From Nitratidesulfovibrio vulgaris str. Hildenborough (lineage in GTDB: Bacteria > Desulfobacterota > Desulfovibrionia > Desulfovibrionales > Desulfovibrionaceae): a stretch of DNA of 32,000 bases. Location: positions 2,220,001 to 2,252,000 of the forward strand of contig NC_002937.3 in NCBI RefSeq assembly GCF_000195755.1, given 5' to 3'. The first letter of the stretch is position 1. The number at the start of each line of letters is the position of its first letter. Positions 1 to 8,880 of this stretch are shown one piece after another. Made by a program: the position numbers and the translations under genes. The notes beneath the pieces were generated by a model. That model ran no database searches. It was not told the origin of the DNA and saw only the letters and a list, made by a program, of their open reading frames with translations.

Positions 1-1
1 C

Positions 2-838
2 CGCCACCTCGACCGCAATGCCCCGACAGCAGCGGCATCCGCCACCACGTTGAGTGACGACATGCGCCGGGGCATCAACGCCATGGCCGAACGACTCGGG
101 CAGCGGGTCATCAACGAGGGCGACACCGAACTCACCGAGGCGGGCATGGCGCTTGCCCGCGCGGGCTACCGCAATCGCACGGCACCGAGGGTGTTCTGGG
201 GCGTCAAGGCGGGTCTCACCGTGGCGGGATTGCTCATGGGCCTGACGGTGCGTCTGCTTCTCGGCGACGACGTCCCCGCAGGCATGGTGGCCCTCCTCTT
301 CATCGGCCCTGCCGTGACGGGCCTCTACCTGCCCAACATCTGGCTTTCATCGCGCATCAAGGAGCGCAGGCAGGAAATCATCAACGCGCTGCCAGATGCT
401 CTCGACCTTCTGGTCGTCTGCGTCGAGGCGGGCATGGGACTCGACCAGGCCCTCGCACGGGTGGCGAAGGAACTGCAAAGCACCAGCCCCGTGCTTGCCG
501 AAGAACTGCAACTCTCCATCCTCGAACTGCGCGCGGGCAAAAGTCGCGCCGACACGCTCAAGAACCTCGCCGCACGGGTCGCCATCGAGGATGTGAACAG
601 CCTCGTCACGCTCATCATCCAGGCAGACGCCTTCGGGACCAGCATCGCCAGCACCCTGCGCGTGTACTCGGACACCATGCGCACCACGCGCTTCCAGCGC
701 GCCGAGGAAATCGCCGCCAAGATGCCCGTGAAGCTTCTCTTTCCTCTTGTTTTCTGCATTCTTCCAGCACTCTTCGTCACCATCATGGGCCCGGCCTTCA
801 TCAAGTTGATGCAGGTCTTCGCCCAGATGAACCAGTGA
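2..838 (+). CDS. tadC: Tad/Flp pilus assembly inner-membrane protein TadC (T2SS F-domain family); probably 5'-truncated by the window edge
   Basis: The translation has the T2SSF-type core (LPDALDLLVVCVEAGMGLDQAL...PVLAEEL...LRAGKSRADTLKNLA...) and C-terminal TM helices. The frame has no stop back to nt 2. The listed start at 50 is a TTG, and 262 aa is short for TadC. Confidence 0.8.
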   Translation, partial: RHLDRNAPTAAASATTLSDDMRRGINAMAERLGQRVINEGDTELTEAGMALARAGYRNRTAPRVFWGVKAGLTVAGLLMGLTVRLLLGDDVPAGMVALLFIGPAVTGLYLPNIWLSSRIKERRQEIINALPDALDLLVVCVEAGMGLDQALARVAKELQSTSPVLAEELQLSILELRAGKSRADTLKNLAARVAIEDVNSLVTLIIQADAFGTSIASTLRVYSDTMRTTRFQRAEEIAAKMPVKLLFPLVFCILPALFVTIMGPAFIKLMQVFAQMNQ

Positions 839-891
839 CCCCCAAGCACTCGCCAGAAGCACGTGACAGGACCTCACGACAGGAGCACACC

Positions 892-2007
892 ATGAGCATC
901 ACAGCCACGCACGACACATCTTCGAAGGGCCGCCATGCCCTGCCCGCCCTCGCGCTTCTGCTGCTCATGACACTCTCGGGCTGCGCTGCGCGTGACATGG
1001 GCGACGGAACGTCTCCCTCGCTCATGGAACGGCATGCCACGGGCAAGAGCCTCGCCCCCGATGCGCCGGGGACACCGCAACGGCAAGGCACACCGGCGGC
1101 CGAGGCGGAAGCCCACCTCCAGCGCGGCCTCGCCTACCTCGCACAGGACAGGCCCGAACTCGCCTTCGAGCATTTCAGCCGCGCCGCCTCGCTTGCCCCG
1201 GAGATGGTCGAACCCCGTCTGCAACGGGCGCGCCTGCTCGTCCGGCGCGGCATGCCCAACGAAGCCGCCGCCGACATCGAGGCCGTGCTCGCCGCCTCCC
1301 CGCAACACGCACGCGCATGGGAACTTGCGGGCATGGTGGCTTTCGACAGGGGACTTCTGGACGAAGCCGAAGCGGACTTCACGCGCGCCATCACCCTCGA
1401 CCCCGACCTTGCCTCCTGCTACGCGCATCTAGGTGCCGTACACGACTACAAGGGGCGCCCCGACCTCGCACGTGACGTGTACGCCGCCGCCCTTGTCCGC
1501 TTTCCGCAGTCGGGCGAATTGCACAACAACCTCGGTGTCGCCTTCTCCATGCTTGGAGACGACGCCTCGGCCCTGCACCACTTCCACGAGGCCGTCGTGC
1601 TGGGCGCGTCCTCCGAACGGTCATGGAACAACATGGGGCTGGCCCTGTGCCGTCTGGGGCGCTTCGACGAGGCCTTCGAAGCCTTCCGCAACGCGGGGGG
1701 CGAGGCCGCAGCGCATAACAACCTCGGCTATTTCTTCCTCGTCAACGGCGACGCCTCGCTGGCCGTGCAGCACCTGCAACGCGCCGTCGAACTCGAACCC
1801 CGCTACTACGTCCGTGCCGCCGAGAACCTCAAGCGTGCCCGACTCGCGGCCAGATTCGCAGCGGGCGGCGTACCTGTGCCCGCCGCGGGGCCACAGACAG
1901 GAGGCATTGCCGGTACGCCCGTGAACAAGGCAGGCGTCTTGCCGCCAGCAACGGGCAAGGGTCCCGGCACACGGACGACCGGCGCAGGCGAACGGGTCAT
2001 CCAGTAG
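892..2007 (+). CDS. TPR-repeat lipoprotein, TadD-like pilus assembly protein
   Basis: ATG at 892 is preceded by AGGAG (881-885). It has a signal peptide ending in the lipobox LSGC. Multiple TPR-like repeats follow (AxxxLxRGLAYL, ...AFxxAxxLxP...). It sits directly after tadC. Confidence 0.7.
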   Translation: MSITATHDTSSKGRHALPALALLLLMTLSGCAARDMGDGTSPSLMERHATGKSLAPDAPGTPQRQGTPAAEAEAHLQRGLAYLAQDRPELAFEHFSRAASLAPEMVEPRLQRARLLVRRGMPNEAAADIEAVLAASPQHARAWELAGMVAFDRGLLDEAEADFTRAITLDPDLASCYAHLGAVHDYKGRPDLARDVYAAALVRFPQSGELHNNLGVAFSMLGDDASALHHFHEAVVLGASSERSWNNMGLALCRLGRFDEAFEAFRNAGGEAAAHNNLGYFFLVNGDASLAVQHLQRAVELEPRYYVRAAENLKRARLAARFAAGGVPVPAAGPQTGGIAGTPVNKAGVLPPATGKGPGTRTTGAGERVIQ

Positions 2008-2195
2008 GGGGACGCTTCAGCGCGCTACGAAATGCAATCGAACGGCAGGAGACCGCCACGGCTGCGAGGGGGCTCGCACCATGGCGACACGGAGACCACC
2101 ATCAACGGCGTGCAACGCACGCAACGCGAGCATGAAAGGCGGTACCACCGCCCGGGGGTCCATGGGGGGACGTACCAACACAAGGAGAACGTCTC

Positions 2196-2585
2196 ATGCG
2201 AGAAACCAGCAAAAGACAGTACGGCATGGCCACCATCGAAGTGGCGCTCATCATGCCGCTGCTGGCGGCACTGCTCTATGTCCTCGTCGAGGGGGGGAAC
2301 ACCATCAGGGTGTATTCCGCGCTCTCGGAGGCCAGCCGGGCAGCCGCAAGGCAGGTCGTGATGACCGGCGACGAGGCGGGCGTGCAGGATGTCGTCCGCT
2401 CGCTTGTCACCATCATCCCGGCGCAGAACGTCACGGCGCGTCTCATACGTGACAATGCCAAGGGAATGGTCACCGTCGAGGTCAGTTATGGCTACCGTTC
2501 GCTCTTCACCGCCAACCCCGCATCAGGAGACCCCCATGACGCGCTCTACACTCTCACCGCGCGGACGAGCATGCCTCTTCCGTAG
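2196..2585 (+). CDS. TadE-like pilus assembly protein (TadE/G N-terminal motif)
   Basis: AAGGAG RBS lies before the ATG. The N-terminus GMATIEVALIMPLLAALLYVLVEGG is the typical TadE-like hydrophobic segment. It lies within the tad locus. Confidence 0.75.
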   Translation: MRETSKRQYGMATIEVALIMPLLAALLYVLVEGGNTIRVYSALSEASRAAARQVVMTGDEAGVQDVVRSLVTIIPAQNVTARLIRDNAKGMVTVEVSYGYRSLFTANPASGDPHDALYTLTARTSMPLP

Positions 2586-3858
2586 CGCACGTCCCATGCG
2601 AGCCCTGTCGGCCCTTCTCCGGCGGCAGAAGGGTTCCATGGCGACGCTGGTCGCCGTGCTGCTGCCAGTCGTCCTCGGGCTTGTGGGCCTCGGCATCGAC
2701 TCGGGCATGCTCTACCTGTCCCACAGCCGCCTGCAGGCCGCCGTGGATGCTGCCGCCCTCGCTGGCAGCCTGCAACTGCCCTACGACCCGCAGCTGGACA
2801 AGGGACTCGTGCGCGGGGCCGTCACGCAGTACATGGATGCCAACTACCCCGAAGCCTCTCTCAACGGGGTGACTCCGGGCACAGAGGAACGCAGTGTCAC
2901 GGTCACCGCCACCGCCACCGTGCCCACCATCTTCATGAACGCGCTCGGCATCGGTTCCAGCGAGGTGCACGCCAAGGCCACTGCCGGATACAACAAGCTG
3001 GAGGTCGTCTTCGTCATCGACAACTCCGGTTCCATGAAGGGCACCCCCATCCAGCAGACCAACAGCGCGGCCTCGCAGCTTGTGGAACTCATCATGCCCG
3101 AGGGCATGATGACGTCGGTCAAGGTGGGGCTGGTGCCCTTCCGCGGCAAGGTGCACCTGCCAGCCGGTGTGGACGGGCTTCCCGACGGCTGCCGCAACGC
3201 CGACGGGACGCTGAACCCCAGCTGGCTGCACGAGGAGTACTTCAAGACGTCATACCGCTACCCATCAGGCTCGTCACTGAACGTGCCCAAGAACACGTGC
3301 ACCAGCATTCCCCGCGTGCAGGGACTGACTGAAGACCGCGAGACAATCCTCACCGCCATATCGAAGCAGAACGGCCTTGGTGACGCCTCGGGGACGGTCA
3401 TATCCGAAGGGCTGAAATGGGGACGTCACGTGCTCACGCCCGAGGCACCGTTCACCGAAGGCTCATCGGCAAAGGACATCCGCAAGGTCATCATCGTGCT
3501 CACCGATGGTGATACCGAAGACGGAAAGTGCGGAGGCAGCTACGCCATCAACTACACCCCCAACGCCTACTGGACCAACGCCTTCTACGGCATGCTGGAC
3601 ATGACGTCGCACTGCGAGAACGGGGGCAAGCTCAATGCCGCCATGCTCGAAGAGGCGCGCAAGGCGAAGGAGGCGGGTATCGAGGTGTTCGCCATACGCT
3701 TCGGCGATTCAGACAGTGTCGACGTCTCGCTCATGAAGAGCATCGCGTCCAGCAAGGCTGGGACCAACGACCATTACTACGACGCGCCCTCGGCCTACGA
3801 CATCGACGACGTGTTCAAGAAGATCGGCCGACAGCTCGGCTGGAGACTGCTGCGCTAG
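2536..3858 (+). CDS. TadG-like pilus assembly protein with von Willebrand factor A (vWA) domain
   Basis: The N-terminal Tad_N-like segment is RRQKGSMATLVAVLLPVVLGLVGLGIDSGMLY. The vWA MIDAS-like motif is VVFVIDNSGSM, followed later by IIVLTDGDT. I chose the start at 2536 because AGGAG lies 6 nt upstream. An alternative ATG is at 2596. The longer ORF from 2389 is unlikely. Confidence 0.75.
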   Translation: MTRSTLSPRGRACLFRSARPMRALSALLRRQKGSMATLVAVLLPVVLGLVGLGIDSGMLYLSHSRLQAAVDAAALAGSLQLPYDPQLDKGLVRGAVTQYMDANYPEASLNGVTPGTEERSVTVTATATVPTIFMNALGIGSSEVHAKATAGYNKLEVVFVIDNSGSMKGTPIQQTNSAASQLVELIMPEGMMTSVKVGLVPFRGKVHLPAGVDGLPDGCRNADGTLNPSWLHEEYFKTSYRYPSGSSLNVPKNTCTSIPRVQGLTEDRETILTAISKQNGLGDASGTVISEGLKWGRHVLTPEAPFTEGSSAKDIRKVIIVLTDGDTEDGKCGGSYAINYTPNAYWTNAFYGMLDMTSHCENGGKLNAAMLEEARKAKEAGIEVFAIRFGDSDSVDVSLMKSIASSKAGTNDHYYDAPSAYDIDDVFKKIGRQLGWRLLR

Positions 3859-3873
3859 CGCCAGGAGGCGAAT

Positions 3874-4368
3874 ATGCACATAGCAAATACACGGCGCTCG
3901 CTGACCGGGTCGAACGAAGGAGCGAGTACGCTGGAAATGGCCCTGTTGCTGCCCGTGCTGCTCGTGGTGGTGTTCGGGCTCGTCGAATTCGGTTACAACC
4001 TCTTTGCCCGCACGACGGTGGAGAAGGCGGCGCAACTGGGGGCCCGGTCGGCCGTTACCGGAGAGAGATTCGCCGAGGGCACACGTCTTGCGCTTGTCAG
4101 GTCGAAGGCGCGCCAGCTCACCGAGGCCCTCACCGGAGGCGACCCGAACTCCACCGCCATCACCGTGCAGGTACGAAGCTATCCCGGCGGGAACACGTCC
4201 GGGGCCGCAGTGGAGAACGACGCCGGAGCCCCCTGCGACGTGGTGGAAGTACAGGTGGACTACAGGTACGCCCCCCTTACCCCTATCGTGGGAGCGCTGC
4301 TACCTGCGGAAATCGGCGTCACGGGCAAGGAACGCATGATCAACGAGCCGTGGGCGGCCTGCAAATAA
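3874..4368 (+). CDS. TadE/TadF-like pilus assembly protein
   Basis: AGGAGG lies at 3863-3868. The N-terminus GASTLEMALLLPVLLVVVFGLVEFG is a TadE-like motif. Confidence 0.75.
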   Translation: MHIANTRRSLTGSNEGASTLEMALLLPVLLVVVFGLVEFGYNLFARTTVEKAAQLGARSAVTGERFAEGTRLALVRSKARQLTEALTGGDPNSTAITVQVRSYPGGNTSGAAVENDAGAPCDVVEVQVDYRYAPLTPIVGALLPAEIGVTGKERMINEPWAACK

Positions 4369-4405
4369 CGCACAGCCACCGGTACACCGCAAGGGGGCGC
4401 ATCAA

Positions 4406-6877
4406 GTGACAGCGAACGCCAGAGATGCACGACGCCGGAACCGTTCGGCCACAGGCAGGAACAGTTCAGGCAGCCCTGGCGGTGCACAGGCCGTGGTGCC
4501 CGCTGCCGCCCCTCCGCGTCACGCCCATGCGGGAACGGAACCGGCGCGGGCGACCACGATGAGCCTGCTCGCCGTCGCCCCGGAAGAGGACATACACGCC
4601 CTTGCCCGCACCCTGCACCATGCGGGCATCGCAGCCGCCTATACCCTTGCCACGACGCCGCACACACTGTCGTCAGCCCTCATCGACGAACCGTGGGACA
4701 TGGTGCTGGTCCGCCCCGGCTTGCCGGGTCTTAGCCCGACCGACGCCCTGCATCTCGCGCGGGCGGCACGCAGCGACTTGCAGTGTGTCGCCCTGCTGCA
4801 CCGGGAAGAGACCGAAAGCGCAATGGCTCTTCTGAAGGGCGGCATGGACGATGTCGTCGTCGCCGACGACCCCATTCTGCCTGCACACATGACCCGCCTC
4901 GCCCGCGAGGCGGCACGCAGGCGCGAACACTCGCGCCTGTGGCGTGACATGCGCCATGACGTCCAGCAATGGCGAGGCATGGTCGACAACACCCTGCTGG
5001 GCATCTTCCGCTGCCAGCCATGGGGCGACCTTGTGCATGCCAACGCCGCCTTCGCCCACATCCTCGGGCACGACGACCCCGCAGCACTCGTACAGCAACT
5101 CCGCACGGAGAATCGTTCCTTTCTCGACAAGAACCGGATGGAGCACTTCCTCTCCCGGCTTTCCGAACGAGACTGCATCGACGACTTCGAAGCCGACCTC
5201 CATAAGGTCGACGGTACGTTGACCCGGGTCATGCTCCATGCACGCATCATCCGCGACGACAACGGCGAAGCCCTCTCCATCGAAGGCACGATGGAAGACA
5301 TCGAGCGGCGCAAATCGTTCGAAGCGGTCATCATCAATGCCAAACAGGAGTGGGAGAAGACGTTCGACAGCGTTCCCGACGTCATCATCATCTTCTCACC
5401 GGAATTGCGGATACGGCGGTGCAACAAGGCACTGGGCCGCCTGCTGGGCCTTCACCCGCGCGACCTCGTGGGACGGCGCTGTGAAGAGGTGCTCGGTTCC
5501 GGCAGTTCTCCGAACGATGCCTGCGCGTTGCTGCGTTCGCAAGAGAGTGCCGGTTTCAGCACCGGTGAACTGCACCTGCCCTTTCTTGGCGGCGACTTTC
5601 TCGTGACCCTCTCGCCACTGCAAACGGGACAGAACGACGAACCCGCCGGGGACATCGTCATGGTCGCCCACGACATCAGCAACCGCAAACGCCTCGAAAG
5701 CCAGCTGCGGCAGGCGCAGAAGATGGAGGCCATCGGCACGCTGGCAGGTGGCATCGCCCATGACTTCAACAACATCCTTGGCGTCATGATGGGCTACACG
5801 GAGATGAGTCTCGACCAGGCGGATGAGGACAGCCCCATGCACAGAAGGCTGAGTGAAGTGCTCGAAGCCGGCAAGCGGGCGCGAGACATCATCCACCAGA
5901 TACTCACCATGAGCAGACAGGAAGAACCTTCGCGGCAGATGCTCTCGCTTTCGTCTCCCGTGCGCGAGACCCTGCGCCTTCTGCGGGCGACACTCCCCGC
6001 CAACGTCGACATCCGGGTGGATATCGAGGATACCGCCCCCGTCCTCGCCAACCAGAGTCAGATACAGCAGGTCGTCATGAATCTCTGCACCAACGCCGCC
6101 CACGCCATGCGCGCGAAGGGCGGGGTGCTCACCGTGGCACTCGACGCCGTCGACCTGAGTGCCGAAGAGGCCCAGCAACGCTCTCTCGAAGGCCCCGCGA
6201 CCTTTGCCCGCCTACGGGTACGCGACACAGGGCACGGTATCCCCTCGGAGATACGCGAGAACATCTTCGACCCGTTCTTCACCACCAAGAAGCCGGATGA
6301 GGGAACGGGCATGGGGCTTGCCCTTGTCCACGGCATCGTCACCGGACATGGCGGGCATGTATCGTTCACCTCCACGGCGGGTTTCGGCACCGAATTCGAG
6401 ATACTTCTCCCTGTCGTCTCCGGCCATGCGACGAAGGCGGAAGGAGACCCGGACAACCTGCCCAAGGGGGGGGGCGAAGTGCTGGTGGTCGACGATGAGG
6501 CGTCCCTTGCCCTCGTCATGGGCGAGATGCTCGAAAGCATGGGCTACAGGGCTGACATCGCCACATCACCTTTCGAAGCCCTCGAACGTTTCTCCGAGTC
6601 GCCGTCACGATGGGCCTTCGTGGTCACCGACCAGACCATGCCCGGCATGACCGGCATGGAACTCGCCGCCCATATGCTGGGCGTCGCATCCAGCATCCGG
6701 GTCATCCTGTGTACGGGGTTCAGTGAGGGACTGACGGAAGAGGCGGCACACAAGGCAGGCATAGCGAGACTGCTGTACAAGCCCGTCCTGCGCGCCGACA
6801 TGGCAGAGGCGGTGATGGGCCTTGCGGTGTCAGCGGGGCAGGGCGAGTCGTCCGAAGCCCCGGTCACCGTGGCATGA
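4406..6877 (+). CDS. Hybrid sensor histidine kinase/response regulator with PAS domains and a degenerate N-terminal receiver-like domain
   Basis: H-box GIAHDFNNILGVMMGY, N-box VVMNLCTNAAHAM, G-boxes VRDTGHGIP and GTGMGLALVHGIV. The C-terminal REC is VLVVDDE...VVTDQTMPGMTG...LYKP. Two PAS-like segments lie between. The start is uncertain: GTG at 4406 or ATG at 4559. Confidence 0.85.
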   Translation: MTANARDARRRNRSATGRNSSGSPGGAQAVVPAAAPPRHAHAGTEPARATTMSLLAVAPEEDIHALARTLHHAGIAAAYTLATTPHTLSSALIDEPWDMVLVRPGLPGLSPTDALHLARAARSDLQCVALLHREETESAMALLKGGMDDVVVADDPILPAHMTRLAREAARRREHSRLWRDMRHDVQQWRGMVDNTLLGIFRCQPWGDLVHANAAFAHILGHDDPAALVQQLRTENRSFLDKNRMEHFLSRLSERDCIDDFEADLHKVDGTLTRVMLHARIIRDDNGEALSIEGTMEDIERRKSFEAVIINAKQEWEKTFDSVPDVIIIFSPELRIRRCNKALGRLLGLHPRDLVGRRCEEVLGSGSSPNDACALLRSQESAGFSTGELHLPFLGGDFLVTLSPLQTGQNDEPAGDIVMVAHDISNRKRLESQLRQAQKMEAIGTLAGGIAHDFNNILGVMMGYTEMSLDQADEDSPMHRRLSEVLEAGKRARDIIHQILTMSRQEEPSRQMLSLSSPVRETLRLLRATLPANVDIRVDIEDTAPVLANQSQIQQVVMNLCTNAAHAMRAKGGVLTVALDAVDLSAEEAQQRSLEGPATFARLRVRDTGHGIPSEIRENIFDPFFTTKKPDEGTGMGLALVHGIVTGHGGHVSFTSTAGFGTEFEILLPVVSGHATKAEGDPDNLPKGGGEVLVVDDEASLALVMGEMLESMGYRADIATSPFEALERFSESPSRWAFVVTDQTMPGMTGMELAAHMLGVASSIRVILCTGFSEGLTEEAAHKAGIARLLYKPVLRADMAEAVMGLAVSAGQGESSEAPVTVA

Positions 6878-7583
6878 GAGGCAGGGCGGATGTGACGACC
6901 GCATCCGAGGTGAAGTCCACCCCACGTTCCAGGGGCCTGTCCACCATGACGCGCATCGCCTCTGAGAAGCGCCTGCCCGCAGGGCCGAATGACGTGGCAA
7001 GCCAGTCACGTACCCCGTCACACAGGTAGTGCATGCACAACGGTGACTTGAAGAGATGCAGCACACAGCCTTCATCCCTGAAGTACCGGCACCGTGAGAC
7101 GTGTGCATCCGGCTTGTCGGCGCCATGATAGGTGTCTTCATCCGCCTGCATGTGCTGAATATGGTCGGCAAGCTGCATGGCAACGGTTGAGGGCCGGGTC
7201 ATCATGATGTCCGACATGGAATAGATGCGCCAGTGCTGGTTGTTGCAGCAGCCTACGGGCGGACGCGGACAGGATGCCGCACAATGGGTCTTGGTGAGGT
7301 GCGACTGGATGATGTCCAATTCGCGACCGTACAGCGAGTAGCGGATGATGTGCCGTCGGACGATACTGTCCTCGACCGTGAGATAGGCGCTGACGGCCGC
7401 CACATGGTCGCGAATCTGCCCGGTGCCGAGAAGCGGAAATCCATCAGGGTCGAACGAGGCGATATCGACATCCACGGTCGACGCCGCGTTGTCATCAAGT
7501 TGTGCCAGCCAGCCTTCCACGGGCATGGGAGAATCCTGCTCGTCGGGTACGCCTGATAGTCTGCGCTCACTTACACCGTACAT
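6864..7583 (-). CDS. Cysteine-cluster protein, distantly YkgJ/UPF0153-like (putative Zn/Fe-binding)
   Basis: Cys pattern HCAASCPRPPVGCC ... CRYFRDEGCVLHLFKSPLCMHYLC resembles the CxxCxxCC / CxFLxxxGxCxIYxxRPxxCxxY arrangement of the YkgJ family. There is no clear SD at 7583; an alternative start is at 7526. Its 3' end overlaps the kinase gene by 14 nt (convergent). Confidence 0.45.
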   Translation of the reverse strand: MYGVSERRLSGVPDEQDSPMPVEGWLAQLDDNAASTVDVDIASFDPDGFPLLGTGQIRDHVAAVSAYLTVEDSIVRRHIIRYSLYGRELDIIQSHLTKTHCAASCPRPPVGCCNNQHWRIYSMSDIMMTRPSTVAMQLADHIQHMQADEDTYHGADKPDAHVSRCRYFRDEGCVLHLFKSPLCMHYLCDGVRDWLATSFGPAGRRFSEAMRVMVDRPLERGVDFTSDAVVTSALPLMPR

Positions 7584-7822
7584 TAGAAAAAACTAATAAT
7601 CTACCCTCCACGCCCAACACCATATGGCAGCCACCCCAAAAGACCATGAAAAACATGCCTGCGCCAAGGCATGCAGGCTTGCCATCGCTCAGCGCCATCG
7701 GTAAAGGCAACAGTACCTCGCCGGAAGGATGTCCGTCGGCGGAGGTGCCTACCCACCATCAGGCCCGCCTGCACCAGTTCTACCGGACATGCCTGATTTA
7801 CCTGACAGACCGACCCTAACGG

Positions 7823-8302
7823 ATGCACATGCACACCCCCCAGTCAACCCCGCACGTCATTCCCCCGGCAGCCACTCCCAAGCGCGTCTATCAGTCGGGC
7901 ACGTTCTCGACCCAAAGAGACAGGGCGGCGCACCTTCAACTGCTTTCCATGCTGCGCACTGCCGGGCACACCGTGGCATGGGCACCTGAACTCTGCTCGG
8001 CGCGAGAACTCGATGCCGCCGGTATCGACGGTGTTCACGGTCTCATCTTCGGCAGAGTGCGCAAGGCGCTGGACGACGCAGAGGTCATGGTCGTCCTGCT
8101 CGACTGCATCCGCTTCGACGACGGCACCCCGTGGGAGATGGGCTATGCGGCGGCACGGGGAATACCCGTCTACGCCCTGACCACCGACACCGTCCGCGTA
8201 GAGTGCGACATGGTGCTCTCGCTCGGTAACATCCTTCAGGGTAGCACCATCACCGCCACCAGCCACACCATGCCCGACCTGCTTGCCCTGCTGCATGACT
8301 GA
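7823..8302 (+). CDS. Nucleoside 2-deoxyribosyltransferase-like (Rcl/DNPH1-type fold) protein
   Basis: It has the family hallmark DDGTPWEMGYAAARGIPVYAL (D-x-G-T-x-x-E-x-G-x-A). The N-terminal VYQSGTF resembles the IYLAGPLF motif. Confidence 0.6.
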   Translation: MHMHTPQSTPHVIPPAATPKRVYQSGTFSTQRDRAAHLQLLSMLRTAGHTVAWAPELCSARELDAAGIDGVHGLIFGRVRKALDDAEVMVVLLDCIRFDDGTPWEMGYAAARGIPVYALTTDTVRVECDMVLSLGNILQGSTITATSHTMPDLLALLHD

Positions 8303-8397
8303 AGCCGGTTTTCGCAAGCTGACCTGCCCGTGTCGAAGGAGGCTGCATTCTTGCGATGGCCTCTCAGCCTGCTCCCCTCCGCCATGCGCAAGGCATG

Positions 8398-8421
8398 GGA
8401 AAAGGCGGGGCTTCCCCCGCC
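8398..8421 (-). terminator. Candidate rho-independent terminator for the YeiH-like/small-ORF transcript
   Basis: GGCGGGG-CTTC-CCCCGCC hairpin (8404-8421). On the minus strand it is followed by TTTTCCC. It lies about 150 nt downstream of the small ORF stop. Confidence 0.4.
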
Positions 8422-8568
8422 TCGCGGTGCGGGCGAAGGTCACCCCGCCTGTCATGTTCACTTGCGGCAAGGATCGCCTGAACGACTTTCTCGAGGACAA
8501 CTCCGGACTCGACGCGCGTGGCAACCGCCGGAACCAGTCAACGGTTGCCGGAACCAGCCACCGGACGG

Positions 8569-8826
8569 CTACCCCCCATGGGCTGGTCCTTGCGGCGTGA
8601 AGCGCCAGCTGTCACGCGAATTGTTCTCTGCGGCCTGTGTGGCGTCGACGTCGTTATAGTACAGCGCCCCGCTACGTATGCCGTAGACATCCTGCACCGC
8701 GCCATAATGGGCCAGGGCCGGGACACTGGCGACGACACGAGGCCCCACGCCCCAGAACGCCAGCCACAACACAGCCACCCCAAGCCCTAGCCTCATCAGT
8801 CTCACGGGTAGACTCGCCTGAACCAT
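8569..8826 (-). CDS. Small hypothetical membrane protein (85 aa)
   Basis: A strong AAGGAG RBS lies 7 nt upstream of the ATG at 8826. One N-terminal TM helix (LGLGVAVLWLAFWGV). It lies 54 nt downstream of, and co-directional with, the YeiH-like gene. I recognise no family. Confidence 0.5.
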   Translation of the reverse strand: MVQASLPVRLMRLGLGVAVLWLAFWGVGPRVVASVPALAHYGAVQDVYGIRSGALYYNDVDATQAAENNSRDSWRFTPQGPAHGG

Positions 8827-8880
8827 GTCCCATCTCCTTGCAGCATGAGGCGGGGGCCGGGGCCCCCGCCAGCCTTGATA

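Noticed and set aside
2008-2195. Search for a small Flp prepilin gene between the TPR lipoprotein and TadE-like genes
   Set aside because: No ORF there has a Flp-type G/(A/T)XXXEY hydrophobic N-terminus. The overlapping ORFs 2032-2361 and 2081-2452 are Arg/Gly-rich and not protein-like.
7601-7834. 77-aa minus-strand ORF in the divergent intergenic region
   Set aside because: It has no RBS, it overlaps the start of the NDT-like gene, and its translation is Arg/Gly/Trp-rich and implausible.
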